Assembly: GCA_964590105.1 (NCBI GenBank)
Contig: CAZPYM010000002.1
Location: forward strand, 26,697 to 90,696
Reading direction: 5' to 3'
DNA length: 64,000 nucleotides
Source of the DNA: an uncultured Gammaproteobacteria bacterium
Lineage (GTDB): Bacteria; Patescibacteriota; Patescibacteriia; UBA11705; JABHMO01
The notes beneath the pieces are model-generated. The model was not told the DNA's origin and did not search any database. It worked only from the letters and a program-made list of their open reading frames with translations. How positions within the stretch are numbered: position 1 is the stretch's first letter; each line of letters begins with the position of its first letter. Positions 57,733 to 64,000 of the stretch are shown here, piece after piece. Both the position numbers and the translations under genes were made by a program.

Positions 57733-58221
57733 TTAGTCATTTACTGCATTATGAAAATACTGTAAAGCTATTGGATAATACTCTAAATCATCCACTGAGT
57801 CAAAATCGCCCTCCATAACAACAAATGCTCCCATGTCTTCAATATATTGAAAATGTTTTTCCAAAAAACCGTCCTGATAATATTCCCGGTCGTTCTTTCT
57901 CATTATCAACAAATTCTCCGTCTGCTCGGCAACTTCAAAATCTGAAAATGTTTTTTTTAGTAAATCAAAACTCGCGGCCGGCTGATTTTCTTTCGGGCAA
58001 CTGTATTGATAAATGTACACACCGATATCATTGTTATATTCATTAATAAAAAAATCCTTGTAGCCCTCGCAAAAAAATGGAGCCCGGCTATTTTCAAAAT
58101 TCTGATTTATCTCCTGTTCAAGCGCCGGCAGACCCCAGAAATAAACCATTGCCATAGCCGCCGCAATAACCACAACGGCTATTATTATAAATATTGTAAA
58201 AATTTTGTTTTGATATTCCAT
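57733..58221 (-). CDS. hypothetical membrane-anchored protein
   Basis: N-terminal TM, acidic extracellular domain. Confidence 0.7.
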   Translation of the reverse strand: MEYQNKIFTIFIIIAVVVIAAAMAMVYFWGLPALEQEINQNFENSRAPFFCEGYKDFFINEYNNDIGVYIYQYSCPKENQPAASFDLLKKTFSDFEVAEQTENLLIMRKNDREYYQDGFLEKHFQYIEDMGAFVVMEGDFDSVDDLEYYPIALQYFHNAVND

Positions 58222-58227
58222 AGCAGT

Positions 58228-59574
58228 TTAACTGATCTTTATTTTTTCTCTATCCCGCATCACCACTGCGCCGGCCGCAAAAACCAGCCACCACAAAACA
58301 CTTAAATCGTTTTTAAAATATTGCGCGTCAACCAAGCCGTGGACAAAAATCGCAACCAAAACAGCAATTAAAACAAGGTAAACTTTTTTATTTTCCTTTT
58401 CTTCAACGCGCCAATAATTGGCAACAAACTTTATCATGAGCGCAATAATTGCCAATAAACCCAAGAGTCCGGTTTCGCTCCAGAAATTTAGAAAAAAATT
58501 ATGCGGGTACATGTAAATTTCAGTCGGCTGCCAGTGCGCTTTTTTGTACTCTTCGTCATACAAAACTTTATCCAGCCATTTTGAATCGCCTTTGTCTTTA
58601 ATCCAAATTCCTTCGGCATGATACGGAGCGATCACAGTCTGATAGCCGGCTAATCCGGCGCCAGAAATAATCCGGCCGTCAGTTAACATGCTCCAAGTTT
58701 CTTTCCATTGCTGAACGCGGATCTGGCCTGACAGGTCAGACATGGTGGCTTTTTCAAACACATACGAACGAAAAGGTGTAATAAGTGAAACAAGTATAAC
58801 AAGCGCCATTAAAATGCAGGTTGAAGTGCGGCGCAACTTTTTATTCGGAAAAAAGAATCCCAAAAAAACAACTGCCGCCAAAATGCCGATCGCGGCGCCT
58901 TCAGATCGGGCGAAGACAATCGCGGCGATCGCCGCCACAATAACCAGCCCTTGGTAAAAACGCGATTTATCGCGTCTCCCTTGCCAGAAAAACATTCCCA
59001 AAAACAAAACAACAATCGGCGCCAAATAAAGTCCGACTGCATTTGGAAATCCATACCAGGAAACAACCCGCCGCGTTTCTTCCGCCGCCCAGAAAGGATT
59101 GGCAATGCCAAATCCGGTAAATTTTTGAATAATAGCGGGAATTGCCACCAGCAAAGCCGAAGAACCAAGCGCCCCTACAATTAGACTCCAATGTTCGCGG
59201 TTCTTCATGCTATTCACAAACACAATAAAAAACAAAATTGGTTCAATAAAATATGCTTTCCAGATTCCCTGCGCGGCAATTCGATCCGGCGAAACAAAGA
59301 CAGCAATTGTGGCCGCGACTAGAAAAATTAAAATCAAATATCCATAACCTCCGAAAGAAAAATCGCGCCGTTTTTTGAAATTGCGCGCCAGCCATATTAA
59401 AAATAAAAGCAGAATCATCGATTCCAGCAAAGTCGCGGGAATTCCTAAAACCGTGAATCTAATCAAATACGTCGGTAAACAAAAAACAACCAAAGCCAGC
59501 GCCCAATCAATTTTTTTCCAGGCGAGGAAGGAGAATAATAGAATGTAGGCAATTAGCAAAATGTTCAGAAACAT
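58228..59574 (-). CDS. O-antigen ligase family protein
   Basis: Multi-TM; R...GFPNAVG, SGQIRVQQW, GAGLAGY, YPHNFFL..WSETGLLGL, HGLVD. Confidence 0.88.
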   Translation of the reverse strand: MFLNILLIAYILLFSFLAWKKIDWALALVVFCLPTYLIRFTVLGIPATLLESMILLLFLIWLARNFKKRRDFSFGGYGYLILIFLVAATIAVFVSPDRIAAQGIWKAYFIEPILFFIVFVNSMKNREHWSLIVGALGSSALLVAIPAIIQKFTGFGIANPFWAAEETRRVVSWYGFPNAVGLYLAPIVVLFLGMFFWQGRRDKSRFYQGLVIVAAIAAIVFARSEGAAIGILAAVVFLGFFFPNKKLRRTSTCILMALVILVSLITPFRSYVFEKATMSDLSGQIRVQQWKETWSMLTDGRIISGAGLAGYQTVIAPYHAEGIWIKDKGDSKWLDKVLYDEEYKKAHWQPTEIYMYPHNFFLNFWSETGLLGLLAIIALMIKFVANYWRVEEKENKKVYLVLIAVLVAIFVHGLVDAQYFKNDLSVLWWLVFAAGAVVMRDREKIKIS

Positions 59575-59800
59575 AGTTTCGCGTGATTTAGCGTTTTGTT
59601 TGGCGCAGTTTAGCGAACTGAATTGACAAAGCCCCTTCTTTCCTCTATACTAAAACACTGCTACTATTGTAGTGATTTCGCTGTATTTTGACAATGGTCT
59701 TGGCCTTGGTCGAAATGCTGTTCTCCGCAACAGGGCGGAAAACGGATGGTCGCCTTAGGCGCGTTCAGCTGGCAGAGAATGGTCTGCCAAGGAGAAAAAA

Positions 59801-60700
59801 ATGGGAAACACACAAAGGGTTGAAATTTGTAAACACTGCCTGCCGAAAAGCAAAGAAGTTAAAACACGGCTCGGATTTTTTGGCTGGATTTGTGGTGTAT
59901 GCCTCACAGTTCTTTTCTACTTTATTAATCTCTCACTTACTGGCATTTTATCTCCTCCCCCTCCAACAGCATTCATTCCTCTCGGAATTATAAGCATGGT
60001 TGCCTGCGCTTACATTATTGTAAGCCTTATTGACGATCTGAGACGCAAACACTACTATCTATTCCTTGACAAAGAAGGCCGACTGCACTGCGACACAGTA
60101 GCTCCATTGCTATTTGAAGACCACTACTACTGGCAAATGAAAAGCGAACTCTTGGCAACACAGCAAGAAACTGTTTCGCGCGAGGATTTTCTCATCGCTT
60201 CTGATGTCATCCACTGGACAGTGGGTGGCCTGCGCCGGAACTATGGACATGTCATGGAAACAGACGAAAACCCCGTCAACAAATGGTCTTTGCTACAGAT
60301 TCCGCGCGTGAACTTTGTTTTTGGGAACCCCTTTAATGAAAGCGTGAGAATCACCATACGAAATGAAGACGGATACGAAGTAACCTCGAGCCCCAGAGAT
60401 ATCCTGCGCTGGACAATTGATCATCCGCAATCATTGCACAGATTAGCTAGGGCGTTATCCCGGCTTGCTGGTGTAGAAAATGACGCAAGAAGCTGGCACG
60501 ACCTGACGAAAGAAGCTAACGAGAAGTGGAAGGATATGGCTTGCGGGTACAACCAGCTCGGTCAATTCCTGATCCAGCTACGCGAGACCGCCTCGACCTG
60601 GCCACAAAACTCAAAGTATGCCAGAGAAAACCGACTGCTTATTGATGGATTCCTTGCCGAACAGGATCCGGTGGTGGTTGAATCATGGAAACAAGGCTAG
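59801..60700 (+). CDS. hypothetical membrane protein
   Basis: AAGGAG SD; TTGACA-N17-TATACT at 59623-59651; CKHC plus two TM. Confidence 0.7.
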   Translation: MGNTQRVEICKHCLPKSKEVKTRLGFFGWICGVCLTVLFYFINLSLTGILSPPPPTAFIPLGIISMVACAYIIVSLIDDLRRKHYYLFLDKEGRLHCDTVAPLLFEDHYYWQMKSELLATQQETVSREDFLIASDVIHWTVGGLRRNYGHVMETDENPVNKWSLLQIPRVNFVFGNPFNESVRITIRNEDGYEVTSSPRDILRWTIDHPQSLHRLARALSRLAGVENDARSWHDLTKEANEKWKDMACGYNQLGQFLIQLRETASTWPQNSKYARENRLLIDGFLAEQDPVVVESWKQG

Positions 60701-60829
60701 GCTGTTCCGATCGACGACCAGCCGTCAACGGCGGAAACTATTTTGTAAAAATTAACCCAACGAGATCGTTCGCTGGGTATTTTTTTTGTAACAAAAAAGC
60801 TCTGCAACGCAGAGCTTTTATCTTTTCTA

Positions 60830-61477
60830 TTAGATATCTCCCTGCCTGATTAGCTCCCCGACTTTCCTTTTCCCGTCAGGCGCCTTACTAATTCTGGTTT
60901 CTTTTACTTTTTCGAATGTGGTTGAATCCCCGCTGTCGCCGGCGATCTTTCCAAAACTTCTGGTTCCTTTCTGAATACTCTCAATCCGGTGTGTCACATT
61001 TCCACGCTCATAATCCTCAAAACCATTTTGCGCTCTACGAAAAAAATCTATTGCCAAATCAATATCATCAATTGCGCCCACCATGCGAGCAAAAATATCA
61101 TGTTTATCCCGCTCTGTCTTGTCTACGCTTTTCGACCAAGTATGCAACGCTTCCTTTGGTGAAAGCGCCGGATCAAAAGACTTAAACGCCTTTATATCTC
61201 TATAAATAGAGTCCGCCCACAGCTTCAATTCTCTTGCCTGTCTCAATTCTTTAATAAAAGGCCCGCCCGACAAAGTTTTATCAGCCACGACGCTTTTGGT
61301 TTCTAGAAGCTTATCCGCATCTTCCACGAGCTTTTTCGCCTTCTCCAAAACGCCCTCCCAGCCTTTTTCCTTTTCCATAAATTTTACATAGTTTGCGCTT
61401 CCTTGGGGAGTCTCTTTCTGCTGTCCCGTCGCCCCTTCTGCCAATTTTTTACCTCTAAATTTATCAAAAAAACCCAT
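60830..61477 (-). CDS. hypothetical protein
   Basis: 215-aa ORF starting MGFFDKF; terminator hairpin at ~60793-60819. Confidence 0.7.
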   Translation of the reverse strand: MGFFDKFRGKKLAEGATGQQKETPQGSANYVKFMEKEKGWEGVLEKAKKLVEDADKLLETKSVVADKTLSGGPFIKELRQARELKLWADSIYRDIKAFKSFDPALSPKEALHTWSKSVDKTERDKHDIFARMVGAIDDIDLAIDFFRRAQNGFEDYERGNVTHRIESIQKGTRSFGKIAGDSGDSTTFEKVKETRISKAPDGKRKVGELIRQGDI

Positions 61478-61641
61478 ACGTTTTTTTATTATTTATAATT
61501 TTAACTATTGCTCATTTTATCCAACAAAATGCCTTCAAATCAGCCTCGTTCCTCCAAATAGCACAATAACAATATACTATTCTTATACCAGAAATGTCAA
61601 CGCTCGCATTGTTTCAGTCCACCAATTAATAAAATTTATAT

Positions 61642-62793
61642 TCAATAAATCAAAAGTTTCCTATACTCAATCAGCATTTCGCTTAATAAAAATTTCTCCG
61701 CAACTTTTTCTCTAGCCGCCTCGGCGTATTTCACCGCCAAGTCAGGATTCTTGTGCAACCACAGGATCGCCTCGGCCAGAGCTCTCGGATTGCCCGGCTC
61801 GACTAGCATTCCATGCTTTTCATTGTCAATAATTTCGACTGTCCCTCCACTTTTCGTGGCAATCACCGGTCGGCCGCAAGCCATGGCTTCAATCGCGAGG
61901 ACACCAAGAGACTCTTTCAGGCTAGGCAAAACAAAAACATCAAAATTATAAATCCAATCCGGAAAATTATCTTTATATCCGACCAACTTGATCTTATTCT
62001 GCAGATTCAAAGTTTCAATTAACCAATGCAAATTGTCTCGCTGCGATCCTTCTCCGACAATCACACAATCAATCTCAGGAATTTCAGCTTTTATTAAATC
62101 AACAGCCTTAACTAAATATTCCAAGCCCTTGACCTTTTCCAATCTCGCCACACAACCGATTGTAAAATTATTTTTATCATAATCAATTGTTTTTCTTTCG
62201 GCCATAGCGCCGAAAAGATCTTCCTGCTTTTTGTATTTCTCGGGATCAACGCCGTGATAAATAACTTTGACGTTTTTAATTCCAATATTCTCCAGTTCCT
62301 GCCTGACAAATTGAGAAATCGCCACGATTACGACCAGACCGCTCCACCATTTGTAAAAGACTTTGTAAATATTTTTCGCTATTACCGGATCAATTGACAA
62401 ATGCTCCAGCCAAATAATTTCGTAACCGAGCAGTGAAGCAATCGGAGTAAAAATCAGTTTTTCCGTTATTGTCAGACAATATAATTTTTCAACTTTATGA
62501 GCTATTTTGTAATAAACAAGAGCAATTATCGCACTAATAATTAAAAAAGGTAGGGAAAATAAAAACAACAACTTGGTTCCGGCGCTAACGGGCGCAAGTC
62601 CGAGCCACCAGCGCTCCGCTCGCCAGCCACGCTTGCGAAATTCGCTAAGCATTACTGAACATGACGACAGTAAAAAAAAATCAATGCCTTGATTTTGCAA
62701 ATTTTCAACTATTTGAAAAGTGTGCTTCTCCACTCCTCCGATTCTCGAGCGAAAAGGAAACTTGGTAATTAATACTTTTGTTTGTGGAATCAT
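61642..62793 (-). CDS. glycosyltransferase family 4
   Basis: GGVE, HGVD, VARLEKVKG, PSLKESLGVLAIEAMACGRPVI. Confidence 0.93.
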   Translation of the reverse strand: MIPQTKVLITKFPFRSRIGGVEKHTFQIVENLQNQGIDFFLLSSCSVMLSEFRKRGWRAERWWLGLAPVSAGTKLLFLFSLPFLIISAIIALVYYKIAHKVEKLYCLTITEKLIFTPIASLLGYEIIWLEHLSIDPVIAKNIYKVFYKWWSGLVVIVAISQFVRQELENIGIKNVKVIYHGVDPEKYKKQEDLFGAMAERKTIDYDKNNFTIGCVARLEKVKGLEYLVKAVDLIKAEIPEIDCVIVGEGSQRDNLHWLIETLNLQNKIKLVGYKDNFPDWIYNFDVFVLPSLKESLGVLAIEAMACGRPVIATKSGGTVEIIDNEKHGMLVEPGNPRALAEAILWLHKNPDLAVKYAEAAREKVAEKFLLSEMLIEYRKLLIY

Positions 62794-62799
62794 AGCGGC

Positions 62800-64000
62800 T
62801 TATTTTAATTTAATCAGTTCCTGAATCTCTTGCCTTTTGATCCCTCCGAATAAATATAAAAATGAAAAATAAACAACCACTGAAATTACTAATAGAATCA
62901 TCACGTGCCAGCTACGCAGGAAATAAATCACACCGGCCATAATCAAGGCGGCGGGAATTGCTCTGGCAAATGTTTTTAATGAAGGGAAAAACTTTATCGC
63001 CCGGTAAATCAAAATCGCGGTCCAACATAAAATTAAAATCTCGCTAAAAACCGTCATCCAGGCCGCGCCCCAATATCCGAATTTTGGAATAAAAACAAAA
63101 TATCCGATCAAGGTTAAAACCGCGGCAGTTAAATATCCCCACATCATACTTTTCTGTCTGTCGACCGCCACGACTGCGTAAGAAAATAGACTGGTGGCAA
63201 AAATCGCGCCCGAAGCCAGGATCAGAACTTTTAAAATATCGCCCGATAAAGCAAAATCCTCGCCAGCCACGAAAACCATGACTTTGCCGGCGATAATCAT
63301 CGTGCCGGTCACAATCGGCACAGCGAAAATAATCAAAGCGTCAAAGGATTTTTGTAAAATATTTTTTAATTCAACAAAATTTTTCTGAATAAAATATCCA
63401 GATGCTATCGGCAAAACAATTCCCATGAAAACAGCCGGAAGCATGGTCAGAATATCCACTACGCGGTAGGTCGCGCCGTACAAACCGACTTCCCCCTGCG
63501 ATCGAAAAAGCGACAAAATTATTGTGTCCATTTTTAAATAAATCAAATTAAATGAAATTGATAATGCAATCGGCCAGGTGCGTTTTATTAATTCTTTCCA
63601 AATATTCAAATCAACCTGCCATTGCCACTTGATATGCTCGCGCGAAAATAAAAAAACTATTATTAAATTCAAAACACTGCCAACCGTCAAAGCGCCGAAA
63701 ACCCAGTAAATATCTTTGCCCAGCCAGACAGCTAAAACAATCAGTGCCACGAAAACAATTCTGCCCAGAACTTCGGCCAAAGTTAATTTAAACATTTTCA
63801 TTTTCTGCTGAAAAACTCCGGTCAGGGTTTGAATTATTGTAATGGAAAAAAACGAGGCCACGGTGATCAGCACGCCGAGCTTGATAAAAATATTGTACGG
63901 AAAAAACCAAATCAAAATCGGCGCCAGCGCGAGGAATCCAATCGCGGTTATTATTCGAAAAGACATTATTGAATTCATCACACGGCTAAGATCAATGCCC
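62800..64000 (-). CDS. Wzx-like polysaccharide flippase (5' end outside window)
   Basis: Multi-TM; IYLKMDTIILS...VGLYGATYR, IPKFGYWGAA; frame open to the window edge. Confidence 0.88.
   Translation of the reverse strand, partial: GIDLSRVMNSIMSFRIITAIGFLALAPILIWFFPYNIFIKLGVLITVASFFSITIIQTLTGVFQQKMKMFKLTLAEVLGRIVFVALIVLAVWLGKDIYWVFGALTVGSVLNLIIVFLFSREHIKWQWQVDLNIWKELIKRTWPIALSISFNLIYLKMDTIILSLFRSQGEVGLYGATYRVVDILTMLPAVFMGIVLPIASGYFIQKNFVELKNILQKSFDALIIFAVPIVTGTMIIAGKVMVFVAGEDFALSGDILKVLILASGAIFATSLFSYAVVAVDRQKSMMWGYLTAAVLTLIGYFVFIPKFGYWGAAWMTVFSEILILCWTAILIYRAIKFFPSLKTFARAIPAALIMAGVIYFLRSWHVMILLVISVVVYFSFLYLFGGIKRQEIQELIKLK

Noticed and set aside
57077-57733. ORFs 57077-57274, 57201-57398 and 57545-57733
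   Set aside because: They overlap the tRNA or the tRNA relic and are translations of RNA-gene sequence

Overview
Chromosomal segment most consistent with a Patescibacteria/CPR (Parcubacteria-like) bacterium using genetic code 11. The taxon call is an inference from the T4SS-pilin array, TrmB expansion, DUF2207, PGI/PMI and SD-less core genes. The left ~24 kb is accessory. It holds five TrmB-family regulators, one with six tandem effector domains, and each sits head-to-head with a different cargo operon: small membrane proteins, a beta-barrel-like protein, an SSS transporter, orphan receiver-domain proteins, and an amidohydrolase plus CoaB-like and eukaryote-like CoaC operon. A Phd/RelE toxin-antitoxin pair is also here. 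The middle holds smc, a four-helix-bundle pseudogene, PBP1A, a four-ligase ATP-grasp/protease/7TM cluster interrupted by a frameshifted DGR-target-like gene, ruvC, yebC, PGI/PMI, eight tandem pilins, a solute-binding lipoprotein and galU. The right end holds an ECF sigma/anti-sigma/MacAB-type operon, an ART-like ORF, tRNA-Ser(CGA), a GIY-YIG gene, a tRNA-Ser(GGA) 5' relic carrying two hairpin insertions, and surface-glycan genes. A 30-bp double-hairpin element recurs four times, once inside the relic's anticodon loop. All calls come from reading motifs by eye; no database searches were run.
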